A DNA stretch of 63,893 bases, counting the filler, from Hyphochytrium catenoides (taxonomy: Eukaryota; Protista; Hyphochytriomycota), in the NCBI GenBank assembly GCA_900088475.1. It is 8 parts of 8 records of this genome, joined end to end, with 100 filler letters (N's around TTAATTAATTAA, not from the genome) between each part and the next. Parts side by side here need not be neighbours in the genome. Positions count along the whole stretch, not along the records: positions 34,154 to 41,459 come from FLMG01001916.1; positions 41,560 to 50,314 come from FLMG01002149.1; 6 more parts are not named here. One strand, 5' to 3'. The notes beneath the pieces were generated by a model, which was given only the letters and a program-made list of their open reading frames with translations, was not told where the DNA came from and did no database searches. Below are positions 36,420 to 48,199 of this stretch, piece by piece. How positions within the stretch are numbered: position 1 is the first letter of the stretch; the number at the start of each line of letters is the position of its first letter. The position numbers were made by a program, and so were the translations under genes.

Positions 36420-38298
36420 AAACACACTCTCTCTCTCTCTCTTTGTTTCTTTTCTCCCTCTCTCTTCTGCCCACTGTCGTGTCCTCTGCCCACAGTGCTC
36501 GCCTGATGCGCGTGCTGTCTCTTCTTCTTCGCTTCTTCTTGTCCTCAGCCCTACGAGGCAACCGTCTTTCCACTCCAAAATCTTGGACCGTACCTCACCT
36601 GTTCGTTGTGGACTGTCTCTCTAGGTTGAGCGCGCCACAGAGCAAGAGATTGTTGAGAAGACCACTACGAAGGCTTATCGTGCACCCGAACTGCGCGACC
36701 TTGAGGGCGTCGCAATGTTCGGCCCCGGCTACGTCGATGAGAAGGTTGATGTCTGGTCCCTTGGGTGCATCCTTTATACGATGGCCTTCCAGAAAATGGC
36801 GTTTCCTGATTCTGGGTGTGCCACCGATAGGTAAGGAGACGTCTGGATGAGAACGTGGTAGAGAGAGACAGACATGGGGAGAGAAAAGAAGAGACAGACA
36901 GACAGGGGACTGAGAAAAGTCAAACAGACGAGGAGAAACGGAAGGAGAGCTGGAGGCGTTGCATTGCCAACTTGAGTATCTATCTTTCCGCTCTCGTGCC
37001 CTGTCTTGGTCCTCCTGTTCCATCCTAATCCTATTTAGCCATGGGCTACGGTTTGCCTGTTAGTCTCGGTATTCACTTCTCCTATCATGGCTCTGCCTGT
37101 CTGTCCCTTCTCTCTCACAAACGTCGCTCACGCTATCTTCTTTTTGTTCCCTTGTCTGTCTCTCTCCTGTTTCGCCGTTGTTTTTTCAAGGTACAAGATC
37201 CCAGACAACTCTCCGTACCCACCAGAGCTTAACGACTTCCTTAAGAGGATGATTGTCCTGGATCCAGAGAGCAGGGCAGACATTAAGGAAGTCAACGACT
37301 GTGTAGACGCCCTCATTGCAGGACAGCCGCTTCCTAAAAAAGCTGGAGGAAAGTCAGGAGAAGAAAAGAAGAAGAAGAAGAAGGCAAAGGAGGAGAATAA
37401 GACGGCATCTGCCTCCTCTCTCGTCTCCTTCGATGATCACTCTTCCCACTCTCAACTTGGCAAAGCTGAGGGCTTTCCCGCTCCGGCAGAGTTTGCTGCA
37501 GATTTTGGCACTTTCGACGCGTTCCCTGCTGTCTCGTCCCCTTCGTCTGCAGCTCCTTGGGACCCCTTCAGTGGCTCTCCTGCTCCGACTCAGCCAGCCT
37601 CTCTCCCTTCTTCCTCTGTTCCAGCTGGTCTTCCTCCCGCTCTATCCGTTGACCCTTTCTCTGCGTTCGATAGCTCTCCAATGACGACTGTCCCTGCAAA
37701 CAATCCTCTTTCCCCTATGGGAATGGGCATCACCGGGCAGTCCCTAGGCAACTCTGACCCTTTTGCTGACCTCTCCCCTTCTCCTCCATCCTCCCTCCAA
37801 GTCCCTGGGTCTTCCATGAGCTATGGAGGTAGAGGAATGGGCTCTCAGACTGGTCCCTCTCTCCCCCTGGGTGGCAGCAGCTTTAACCCTCTCTCCCCTA
37901 CCACTATGAACGCGGCAGGAGTAGGACTTTTCTCTCCGACTTCCGCATCTTCTGCGTTCCCTCTCTCGCCTTCTGCTGCTTTTGGAGCTCCTCAACCGTC
38001 ATCTATGGGTGCTTTCTCCTCAACTGGCTCAGGGAAGGGGAACATGATGCAGAATACCTCTTCTCTTCCCAATGCACCTTTCTCTCCTAACTCTTTCTCT
38101 GCTCCGCCGCCCGCTCCTTTCTCTCAGACCTCTGCAGCCCCTTTTGCCTCCTCTACAGCTGCTCCTTTCTCCCCAACAAACCAAGGCAACTTGGCCCAAG
38201 GAATGGCAAGTATGAACGTGGGCGGAGGAGGGCCATCTGCCAATCTTGGTCTAAAGCCCCTTTCCAAACCCAAAGCCGGGCTCTTTGATGATATTGAC
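35345..38298 (+). CDS. NAK-family Ser/Thr kinase (AAK1/BMP2K-like) with a DPF-motif tail; 4 exons, end falls at an N gap
   Basis: Exons 35345-35420, 35761-~36224, 36625-36830 and 37191->38298. Kinase motifs IGEG|GFADV, YVLKR, PPIAHRDLKLEN, KLCDFGS, YRAPE, KVDVWSLG. Tail contains WDPF, VDPF and SDPF. Confidence 0.92.
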
Positions 38299-38788
38299 NN
38301 NNNNNNNNNNNNNNNNNNNNNNNNNNAAAATCTGGTTGATTCTTTTCTTCCTCTTCTTGGTCTCTTCTGTAGTTTCCTAAGAAATGAAGTGACCTATTTC
38401 AAGCAAGTAATATATGGAGCTCGTTATAGCACGCAGCCTTCTAATCCTCGTCTTTCTTCTGCGCTCTCAACCTTGGTTTACTTCGCACAGAGGGACAAGA
38501 GCTATTGACAAGGAGGAAAAAAGGAGGATGGAGCGAAAGGCTCCCCGCAGTTATCGTGTAAAAGGGAAAGAGAACCAGACGGAGCAGAAGGGTAGATAGT
38601 TTGTAGCATATCTCTCCATCAGCCGCCAAGATGTGGCCCTGAGCTGCTGGATTGAGAGTCTATCGAGTCACGTTGGCCCGAGGGAGGAGCCCGAAAGATG
38701 GAAAAGAGATGTTGTCCGAAATAGGATCGGCTTACGAGTTCTTCCACGGCCTCATGGACCATAATCGCAGTGAAGAAGAGACACAAGC

Positions 38789-41000
38789 TTATCTTCCCAC
38801 TTTCCCTCGCTGGGCATCAACTTTTGGGTCTGCTGTCTGCTCCTGAGCGGTGCTAATGATGCGGTTAACTGAGCTTTGGAAGTCTCTGAGCGCCGAGACG
38901 TGCAGCATACGAAGAATAGTGAAGGGCCGCAGTAGAGCAGAGTCTAAGTAGAAGCATGTTAGTTGATCTCTTTTGCTAGGCGATAGACCGACAAAAGCTG
39001 GCTTCTGAGACAAAGCGGCAGAAAGAAAGGGTCGAGGAGCCGGAGATTGAGGACAGGCAACACCAGGAGGAAAAGGTTTGTCGTACTGAGTGAGAGAAAA
39101 AGGTCTAAAACCCAAGAGATGGTAGGACTGCTTTGGAGCATTTGCGGACGGGAGAAATTCTGTGTCAAAGGCAAGCATGGGCTTTTCGTCGTCCAGTGCT
39201 AAATCCTTACCTTCTATCGAGAAGCCTAAGGGGAATACTCCTGAAGGGTCTTGTACGAGGTCTAGTAAGGATGACTTCGCCCTGCTTTGCCTCATCTCTA
39301 GCTCCCGTCTGATAGTCTGCGGCCAGAAAACGAAGGGTCAAGGTACGTAGAACCGGAAAGAGCTGAGAGAGACGATGCTAGGGCAAGAGAGAGTCACAAG
39401 TGAGAGAAATGACATGTGTGTGAGCAGGCAACTTTATAGTACACCGTCATGAAGCTTATTAAGGGAGAGGTTAGGCTACCTTCAGTGATGTTAACGGATC
39501 CGCGGAAGCTTTGGGCAGGCCAAGAGCTTCCAGAAGATACTCAAGCTCGTCGTTAAGCTGCATTACACTCCCTAAACAAATAGAAGGCGGGAGAGGCAGG
39601 CAATAAGCACGGCCCATTAAGTATGCCGGAGGGAAAGAGAAGAGAAAGGAGGCAGAAGGGAGGCAGAGAGGAAGGTTGAAAGACGTATGAAGGACGAAGA
39701 GGAGGTTAAAAGGAGGAAAGATACAGACTCCCACCTGCAGGATGATCCGCGGCAGCAAGAGCTGATTTCTTTTGCTTTTCCGCAGCTTCTATCTCAGGCA
39801 CTGCCAGGTATTGTTAGTCCCGGCTAGCACTTCCTTCCATTCTTAGCACGTCTCGAGGTGGAGATGGCCCATTCCTCTGGCTGATCATCCCTCAAATTCT
39901 TCAGCTCTTCCTGCTCTCTCACCTGGAAGCCTCCTTGTGCTTAACAGTCCTCTCTCTCTTCCCTCTCCATCTCCCTGGGTGTCTCTTCCCTCGACCTTTT
40001 GCTCTCCTAGCTGTCCTCGCCATCTCTAATGCTTCGCTCCCCGTCTCTATATCTCTATGTATCTTCTTACTTTGGTCCTGATAGTTAGTACTTAAGGCAA
40101 AGTCTACCAGCCAATGTATCTGCGCCTTGTTCAGCCCAGCCGGGGCGTCAGGAGATGGAGCGAGAAAGCTTGGACAGGATAACTGCAGAAAGTACTAGAA
40201 GATTTTATCTTAGATACCGGAAGGAAGAGCCCAGAACTGCCAGACAACAAGAAATTAAGAAACGAAGCGAGAGCGAGGGAAAAGGGGTGTGTGTGTTTGG
40301 AGGGGGGGGGAGGGGGTAAAGAGAGATAGAAGAGGGGGAGGGGGAGAGAGAGAAAGAGAGAGAGAGAGAGAAAAAGAGAGAGAGAGAAAGAGATAGAGAT
40401 GGGCGCTAAGTGCGGGAAGAAGAGAGAAAGGATGGAAGAGGGAACACCCCAAAAGTAACAGTAAAAGAGAGAGATCGCGGCCGAGCCAGACCGAGGAGAA
40501 AAAAGTGGATTGTTAGCGAGAGTACCTCCCCTACGGCTTTCCACCAGCTCGTGATCTCGTCACTCTCTGACGTGGCCATTCCTCCTTCTTTCTTGAAGAC
40601 TCTCAGATCTCCTCTCTCTTCTATGGGATATAGTCGTATCACTCGATCCTCCAGCCATGCTACCAGCTGCTGCTGGTGCTTGATCCGACGCACTTAACGA
40701 GAAAGAGAGAAGGGCTGAGTAGACCGTCAAAGAATGACGAACCTGCAACAGGGACAGGCTAAGAAAGCAAGAAACCTATCAAGGGAGCTTTGGCAAGAAT
40801 TGTCTACCCAGGGACCAAGAAGGTTTCTATCACTGGAGCAAGACAAATCCTTACGGCCGTCAGGCACTGCCCAGAACGATTAGAATGAAGCGACACCACA
40901 AAGTCTTACTGATTTCCTCCTCTTCTCCTCCTGTCTCGGTGACTTCAGCAGGGATTGCATAAGGATAAGCCAAGAGCCGGAGCTTCTGGTCCAGCTGCAT
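38789..41000 (-). CDS. RTRAF: RNA transcription, translation and transport factor (C14orf166/CGI-99 homolog), multi-exon
   Basis: MQLDQKLRLLAYP..., LVAWLEDRVIRLYPIEERGDLR, FPLGFS, ILRMLHVSALRDFQSSVNRII...QEQTADPKVDAQRGKVGR*. The C-terminus is characteristic of the family. Confidence 0.88.
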
Positions 41001-41459
41001 CCTTTTGCTCAAATGATCCGCTGGCTTTCTGAAGTGTGGCAACACGGCACTACCTTTGCAGACCAGACAACGACCTGAAGACGCTACTGGAACCTCCTCT
41101 TGACGCAGCGCATCCCGTTGCCCTATCCAGCAACAGCTGATAGGAAGCGCACTTGCTCTCCGTCCACTTGCCGATGAGATCTCTGCTCTTCTGGAAGAAG
41201 AAGATCTGTGAAGATTCGTCATTGTTGAAGCGGCAGCAATCCTACCAACTACCCAACCTTCATTACCCATGGGTACATGCCCTACACAGTCATTGCTAAT
41301 ATTTGTTACCCATGGGTATAGTACCCAAATATACACTCAACAGCCATTGTACACAATGGGAGCACTATCTAGGTTAACCGAATTTGGGAATCAGAAGAGA
41401 CAAGTGAAGAAACGACTCTCCTTCTTAGCCACTGATGATGTACTCACATCACTCCACAG

Positions 41460-41559
41460 NNNNNNNNNNNNNNNNNNNNNNNNNNNNNNNNNNNNNNNNN
41501 NNNTTAATTAATTAANNNNNNNNNNNNNNNNNNNNNNNNNNNNNNNNNNNNNNNNNNNN
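41460..41559. other. Artificial contig linker (44N-TTAATTAATTAA-44N)
   Basis: Same 100-nt cassette. Confidence 0.98.
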
Positions 41560-41680
41560 TCTCTTTCTCTCTCCTCTCTCTCTGTCTCTCTTTCTCTCTC
41601 TTTCAGACTACAGTTACCTGTAGATAATCACCCACTTTGGCCGAGGTGGCGAGGTATCTCTCTCTCTCTCTCTTTCTCTC

Positions 41681-41725
<45 letters not shown>

Positions 41726-41885
41726 CTCTCTCTTTCCTCTCTCTCTCACTCTCTCTCTTTCCTCTCCCCCTCTCTCTTTCTCTCTCTTTCTCTCTCCTCT
41801 CTCTCTGTCTCTCTTTCTCTCTCTTTCTCTCTCCTCTCTCTCTGTCTCTCTGTCTCTCAACTCTCTCTCTCTCACTCTCTCTTTC
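41560..41885. repeat. (CT)n microsatellite tract
   Basis: TC dinucleotide runs. Confidence 0.9.
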
Positions 41886-42279
41886 GTTTTCACCTAATAG
41901 TTCCCTTTGATGATCTGGTCTCATCGAAAAGTCACGGTCGTCAGAAAGCTCTCTCTCTCTCCCCCACACGCCTCACCTGGTGGCCTTACTGAGGCCATGG
42001 CGATGTGGACTTTTGATCTCTAGGACGCGGAAGACTGGAGTGGAAGTGAGTCCATCTGCCGCGTGTCTCTCTCCTTCTTGCTCACAGCTGCTCGTTCTGT
42101 GTGGCTCTTTCCCCTTCCCAGTCTGTCATTCTCGAAGCTCTCCCGCTTTCTCAGCTCCTGCCGTCAATCTTCCTTCGCCTTTGAAATTATCACTCTTTAG
42201 TCTCTCTCTCTCTGCGTGTGTCTCCCTCTCCCTGTCTCTGTCTCCTCTCTACTTTCTCTCTCTCTCTCTCCCCTCTGTC

Positions 42280-42316
<37 letters not shown>

Positions 42317-42364
42317 ACTCTTGCACCCCACCTCCCCTCTCCCTTCTTCGTTCGCCACGAAGAA

Positions 42365-43174
42365 ATGAATCTTCCTCCGGTGGAAGGCGTGGATTGGGAG
42401 GCACTGAGGGAGAAATATGCCACAGTTGCGGCGCAGCAGAGAGAGACACAGCAATCTTATCAGCAGGAGAGAGAGAAAAGTCAGGAGAGACGGCCCGAAA
42501 GAGAAGAGACGAAGATCTGTTGGACCTGCGAGGGGCTTGGCATTAGGAAGATCCCCTATAACTTTATGGTGCTCGAGCAGAACTGCAGTGGTAGGATCTC
42601 TCTCTCTTCAAGGGAAAGACCACTCTAAAGAGAGGGATTAAGAGACGGAGAAGGAGAGAAGAGAGAATCGACGAAGAGAAAAGACTTCGCGACCTGGATT
42701 AAGGAGCAGAGAGGGAGGAGATGAAATAATAAGACGGCGGCACCAACACAGAGAGAGAGAGGGACAGAAAGAGAGAACAAGCCAGAGAGAGAGGGAAAAC
42801 AAGCCAGCAAAAGAGCGAGAGAGAAGAGAAGAGAGAAAGAGAGTGAGAGAGAGAGAGAGAGACAGAGAAACAGAGAGATAGAGAGAGAGAGAAACAGAGA
42901 GAGAGAAACAGAGAGGGAGAGGGAAGTAGAGAGAGAAATACGAGGAAGAAAGAGACAGGGAAAGGAAAGTGGACACACGAAGCGAAGGTACGAATTAGAT
43001 TGTCTGACTCCTCTCGTATATTCTTTGCTAGACTGCGATGGTAACGGAGTTATCCGGTCAAGTTCACTGTCCGGGAACGGAGCAAAACAGAGAGAAGAGA
43101 AGGACAAGGTTGCGGAGGTTCCAGTGCCAAAGTCAAAGCAGTCCTTCTATGCGTCTCTTCCCCCTTCTGCATAG
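42365..43174 (+). CDS. Small (122 aa) protein with a DnaJ-type CxxCxGxG zinc finger; 2 exons (42365-42590, 43032-43174)
   Basis: MNLPPVEGVDWEALREKY...ICWTCEGLG...QNCS|DCDGNG...*. Splicing at GT-AG completes the second CxxCxGxG motif. Confidence 0.75.
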
Positions 43175-43425
43175 AGCCACATGCTCTCTTTCTCTCTCTC
43201 TCTCAAACATTTCAAGGAAGAGGAGTTACCATGACCATCACATCGAAAACGTAGAGAGGTGTTTCTCCTTTTCTCTCTCTCTCTCTCTCCCAAAGAAGTT
43301 ATGGGGTGGATTGTCTTCCATAAAGGTCTCTCTATATTATCAGACAAGGCTAAAAGAAACAGCAAACTTCCCTAGAACATATAGTCTTCTGCCAGTCCTT
43401 TCCTCTTTCTCCCTCTGTCTCACGC

Positions 43426-46086
43426 TTACGCCTTTCTCCTCCATACACTTGCCTCTGGCACCGTCACGCGGAAGGCTCTACCGTTCTCTCTCTGCAGAAC
43501 AGGCATATCTGCCCTCTCCACAAGCTCAAATTCAGAGCCTAGAGCAGCTCTGATGCCGTCAATGGAGGAGACAGCTTGACCGCGCTCATCCTGGTAGCCT
43601 CCCAGCCAAGAGGCCCGCGGCGTGCGCTTCTCGGTCCATTCATAAGAAGAAAGAACCAGAACCAGCCCACCAACCTTGACCAGCCCCTTCGGCCCGGCCA
43701 TGCGGGAGAGAGGGCCAGAAGGAGAGGACAGGAACTCGAGAAGGTTTGAGACAACCGCTGCGTCGTAGCCTCCCATTGACGGAGGAATACACTGCGCGTC
43801 CGCCTGTTTAAAGTGCACCTTTGACCGGTTGATGGAGCCATCTACAAGCCCCAGGAAAGGAAGAGAAAGAGCGCCCTCGGTCATGATAGACATAGAGATC
43901 ATCCCCTCTTTCTGCACTCTCTTGGCTGTCTCTATCATCGTAGCGCTGATGTCCAGCGCATCCACGTGGTTGAAGGAGCGTGCTAGTTCAAAAGAAACAG
44001 CACCTGCCCCGCATCCAACATCAATCACTTTTCTCATGCCGCCCGTTCGACCGTACTTCGCCATACAGTCAGCAAGATAGGCAGCACAGCGTTGAGGAAA
44101 GCTTGTGGCGGAGGAGATAGGGAAAGAGAACGGCATGATTTGCTCCTGTCCTTCCCCTTGCTGAGCGTAGTGTATGAAAACATTTTTCTCTATCGCGTCT
44201 CTCTCGCTCATGTTGGACCTCTCCTCATTGGCCTTGTCCGAATGGCAGCAGGGAGAGCCCTTGACATACGGTCCTAGCCCATCCATACAGGTCGTAGGGA
44301 TAATGTTGTTTGCATCCTGGGCATCAACAAGTCTAAAGCCCGCGTGCTGAAAGAAGTGAGGCCGGAAGTGGTACCGGCAATAAATAGAGCCTCCGTTGTC
44401 GCCAGTGCTGATGAAAGATCCGCCCAAGATAATGTGATGCTCTCCGTCAAAGCAAGGGGACGAAAAGTCGTCATAGAACGGGTGAATCTCAAAGCCTGGC
44501 AAGGCGGAGAAGTGATCCTCGCACCATTCCCATACATTCCCAAAGACATCGTGGAAGCCTGCGTGAGAGGCAGGAAAGAGGTTAACTGGTGTCTCTGATC
44601 CAAGGGACAGATTCAGGTTCATCGCCTTATCCTCTGTCATCCTGCCCTTGGTGCTCATCACAGGGTCATCATGGTAGTCATCGCGGATCCTATGGTGCTC
44701 TGCCTCTGTCATGATGCGGTAAGGCGTCGGACGACCATCTTTTTCAGCCTTGAAGGCAGCAAATGCCTTTGCCTCATGATAGTTGACGTCTACTGGCCAA
44801 GACCATGGCATCTCAATCTCTTCAAAGATCGTTCGAAGGCGGAACTGATTGAGTCCAGCGGGTCCATCCTGTACCCAGAAGGTCGGCTTCTTGATGTTTC
44901 TGAATGTGCGCCACTTCCATCCTTCCTCAGACCAGTACTTTGGGTCATGATACGCCTTGGACACGACGAAGTCATAGAACTCTCCATTGGTGATCTTATA
45001 GCTGGTAGCGGCGAACGGCTTGACAGCCATGCGCTTCGATCCATATTCATTGTCCCAGCCATAGGAAGGGAAGTCCTTGGGTTTGCCAATTGAAGCTTCG
45101 CCTTCATCGACCGCTACCCAGCGGTTGACAGGAAAGTCTACACCTTCCACAGGAGCCTTCGTGGCCTGCTGCTCATAAGCGGAGCTGTGTAGTTCGGGCC
45201 AGAACTCGGGCTTGCGCAAGTAGGATAGGGGAAGCTCTCTTAGCAGAACAGAAGACGTCTCTAGGTGAATCCTTTCGTGCTCAAAGCCCATGAAAATGCT
45301 CCAGAGAGGATGCTGTTGAGTGATCGGCTTGTGTCCAACTGCCAGGTCCGGATGAGACGCAATAACGCTCTTGACAGTCTCATAGACCTTGCGCCTATAC
45401 TCGTGCACCTCTCCCACCGTGGGCCACTCCAACTGGTTCTTGCTCATGTCATCCCAGCGCATCTCGTCCACTCCGGTCTCAAAGATGCTCTCAAAGTAAG
45501 GATTAATGGGCTCTGCGATAAGCCCTGCCAGCCGCATCTTGTTGATATAAAGTACCGCGGGATGACCGTAGTAGAAAATCATAGGATGGCGAAGGTCATG
45601 ATACGGAGGAATAGTGAAGGCATCTTTCCCTTGGAGAGAAGCGAAGAGAACTTCGGTCAACGTCCAGGTATTGTCAAAGTAGTCCATTACCTGCTGACGC
45701 GTGCACGTGGCGAGATTGGGCAGGGCAAGAGAGGACATTGCGCCATCTTCCCATAGACCTGGACAGCCATCAGATGGTGCCACGCCAGTCCACCACGTGT
45801 CAGGGCGGCGGCCATAGAGATCGTGGTTCGTGATAACACTCGTCTCCTCGTCATCCGCAGCACTAGAAAGCGCAGTGCTGTCGGCTACAGGCTTCCGCAG
45901 CGTCGTAAAGCTTCTCTCGAACGAAGGGAAAGAGGGAGCGTAAGGAAGGTACTCTCTTCGCAAAGAGAGCAGTCCTGAAGCAGCTCCAAACGACCTTGGA
46001 AGCGTCTGGGAGACGAGTGAGCGGATCGATAACGACCGCTTAGACGCTGTCGGGAACCGTCTGGGAAGCATCGTGATAGGGATCAT
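43426..46086 (-). CDS. ovoA: 5-histidylcysteine sulfoxide synthase OvoA (ovothiol biosynthesis): DinB-like + FGE-sulfatase + SAM methyltransferase, intronless
   Basis: LRHPMIFYYGH, FETGVDEMRWDD, iron-binding EHERIHLETSSVL, YGWDNEYG, GNVWEW, RYHFRPHFFQHAGFR. Methyltransferase motifs IDVGCGAG and WLGGY. First ATG at 46086. Confidence 0.95.
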   Translation of the reverse strand: MIPITMLPRRFPTASKRSLSIRSLVSQTLPRSFGAASGLLSLRREYLPYAPSFPSFERSFTTLRKPVADSTALSSAADDEETSVITNHDLYGRRPDTWWTGVAPSDGCPGLWEDGAMSSLALPNLATCTRQQVMDYFDNTWTLTEVLFASLQGKDAFTIPPYHDLRHPMIFYYGHPAVLYINKMRLAGLIAEPINPYFESIFETGVDEMRWDDMSKNQLEWPTVGEVHEYRRKVYETVKSVIASHPDLAVGHKPITQQHPLWSIFMGFEHERIHLETSSVLLRELPLSYLRKPEFWPELHSSAYEQQATKAPVEGVDFPVNRWVAVDEGEASIGKPKDFPSYGWDNEYGSKRMAVKPFAATSYKITNGEFYDFVVSKAYHDPKYWSEEGWKWRTFRNIKKPTFWVQDGPAGLNQFRLRTIFEEIEMPWSWPVDVNYHEAKAFAAFKAEKDGRPTPYRIMTEAEHHRIRDDYHDDPVMSTKGRMTEDKAMNLNLSLGSETPVNLFPASHAGFHDVFGNVWEWCEDHFSALPGFEIHPFYDDFSSPCFDGEHHIILGGSFISTGDNGGSIYCRYHFRPHFFQHAGFRLVDAQDANNIIPTTCMDGLGPYVKGSPCCHSDKANEERSNMSERDAIEKNVFIHYAQQGEGQEQIMPFSFPISSATSFPQRCAAYLADCMAKYGRTGGMRKVIDVGCGAGAVSFELARSFNHVDALDISATMIETAKRVQKEGMISMSIMTEGALSLPFLGLVDGSINRSKVHFKQADAQCIPPSMGGYDAAVVSNLLEFLSSPSGPLSRMAGPKGLVKVGGLVLVLSSYEWTEKRTPRASWLGGYQDERGQAVSSIDGIRAALGSEFELVERADMPVLQRENGRAFRVTVPEASVWRRKA

Positions 46087-46399
46087 CCTTGGCAACAACT
46101 ACGTTGAACAGCCTTTCCAACCCCGCCGGAGTGTTGACTGCAAAGAGAAACAGAGAAAGTGCGTCGAAGGCTCAGAGATCAGCTTCTCTCTCTCTCTCTC
46201 TCTCTGCAGCAGGTTGTCTGGCACTGTCTGAAGACGATGGATACCAGCAGGAGATGCAGTTCTTAGGGTCTGAGGACTGCTGAGGAAGGTGGGGTGGGTG
46301 ACAAAGACGATGGAGAGGATTCAGGTTTGCCGCCCAAGCAAAACTCCTCAGATTCGCGGTCTGTGGTTGATGTTCCAGTGCCATGATCTTTGGCAGCAA

Positions 46400-46415
46400 C
46401 AACAGAGAGAGAGAG

Positions 46416-46451
<36 letters not shown>

Positions 46452-46622
46452 GGAGACAGAGAGAGAGGGAGGCGGGAGAGAGAAAGAGAGATACAGGAAG
46501 CACGAATGGAGCATCCAGAGATGTGAAATGTCACCGAACTAGGAGACAGACTAAGAATAGACTGGGTGTTTGGGGTAAGAGGGAGGAGCCAAGAGATATT
46601 TGTAAAGCAGAACAAAAGGCCA

Positions 46623-46653
<31 letters not shown>

Positions 46654-46656
46654 TAA

Positions 46657-46715
<59 letters not shown>

Positions 46716-46735
46716 AGAGAAGAGAGAGAGCGGTT
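46400..46735. repeat. (GA)n microsatellite tracts
   Basis: Two GA runs at ~46400-46490 and ~46620-46735. Confidence 0.85.
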
Positions 46736-48199
46736 CGATATTGTGGGGGCTTGGCCACAACTGAATAACCTCCATTTTATCTGTCGCATCATCTGTCTTC
46801 TTGCAATTATAGATCTTCTTCCTCTAATTGTCCTTATTACCCTAACAAGCCTCACTATCTCTCATAATATACGTGATCTGTCTCGAAGATAACATATATC
46901 TCAGGCCCTCTGTCTCATTGCGTCCTCTTTCCTCTCGCATTCGTTAGAAGTGTGGGTCCTGCATTGCTCTGATTGGGTAGGTTCCAGAACAGACAACATT
47001 ACTACGCCAAATATATGCTTAGTATATATAGACTTATTCTCTGCCTATTACTACTGCCATCCTGTAGTCTAGTCCTCGCACCGTTGGATTAGGGTTCCTA
47101 ACCTTGAGATCCCTACCCCATGGGATTATATCGCCTAAGGTCTTAATCAAAGCAGTGAAGATTAACATTAAAGAGGAATCCGTTGATTGGGGTGTCTCTT
47201 TCCAATGGGGAAAGTGCCTTGTGGGCTCTTCCCATCCCCGAATGATTGTTTCTGACATGATGTATGCAATGTGCGTAGTAGCTGTACCTCCTAAAAACTC
47301 TCACAAGTAAACTCACAATGTCTGTAGTTCGAGCGTTGTATCCTTGTTTGTAAAGACTGATGTCACTCTTTTTCGTCATCAAAGAGTTTGGCTAAGATTC
47401 AGTTTAGGACCAAAGTGCAGTGCTACCCATAGATAATATTAGGCGTGACGGCCTGTGATGCCGCAGGTTTGAGAGGACAAACCTTCGTTGATCTTCGATA
47501 AGAATTTGCAGTGACGTCAAAGAAGAAGAGACAGGCGGAATGGATAGAGTTTCTCTTCTTTATTTTGAGGTCTGAAGCTCTTTAGCTTTTTCTCTGAGAG
47601 AACGGGCGTGATCAAGATCAAAAGAGCCAAGAAACGCTGTTGGGAAGATTGGCGGGACGTCCGTGTGACGTACTGCAATATGTATGAGAGCCTGAGACAG
47701 GCGATGACGGGGTATAGATGCCAGGTGCTGGTGGTGGTACTACTGTACATAAACCTCCTTGAGACTTGAGACTTACGTATGTTTCTCTTCTTCGAGCTCG
47801 CCGGCTTGTTGCATGGGAGAGCGTAGATCGAAGCGCATTGGAGGTGTTGAAGCACAGGCGGATCAGAATTGTCTGCCTCTGGGGTTTATCTTCTTCTGCT
47901 CCGAACTAGAAAGAATGACATGGAACTTGTTATTATGCCTTGTGACTTGTACTTTCCACTTTGTACCGTAGAGCTCGGCATGCTCTATATTATCTTCTCA
48001 TGTTGTCTCAGACGTTGGTCGACTTGATTGTGCTAGGGGCTACCGACAACAACATGTTCATGCTAAGGGCTACCATTACTTTCAAGAGACAAACCTTTAC
48101 GTGGCTAGCATACTAGTGGTGGCCGCCTGATTTGGAGACAATAATAATGGCGAAACTCTCGCTTTGCCTCGTTTCTCGATTGTCTATCGTACCCTGTCT

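Noticed and set aside
30721-46086. Histidine kinase + ovoA as a regulated gene cluster
   Set aside because: They lie on different contigs separated by two artificial linkers.
43426-46086. Bacterial contamination as the source of intronless ovoA
   Set aside because: Its contig carries the same GA/CT microsatellites and a spliced neighbouring gene, and the protein has a eukaryote-like N-terminal extension.
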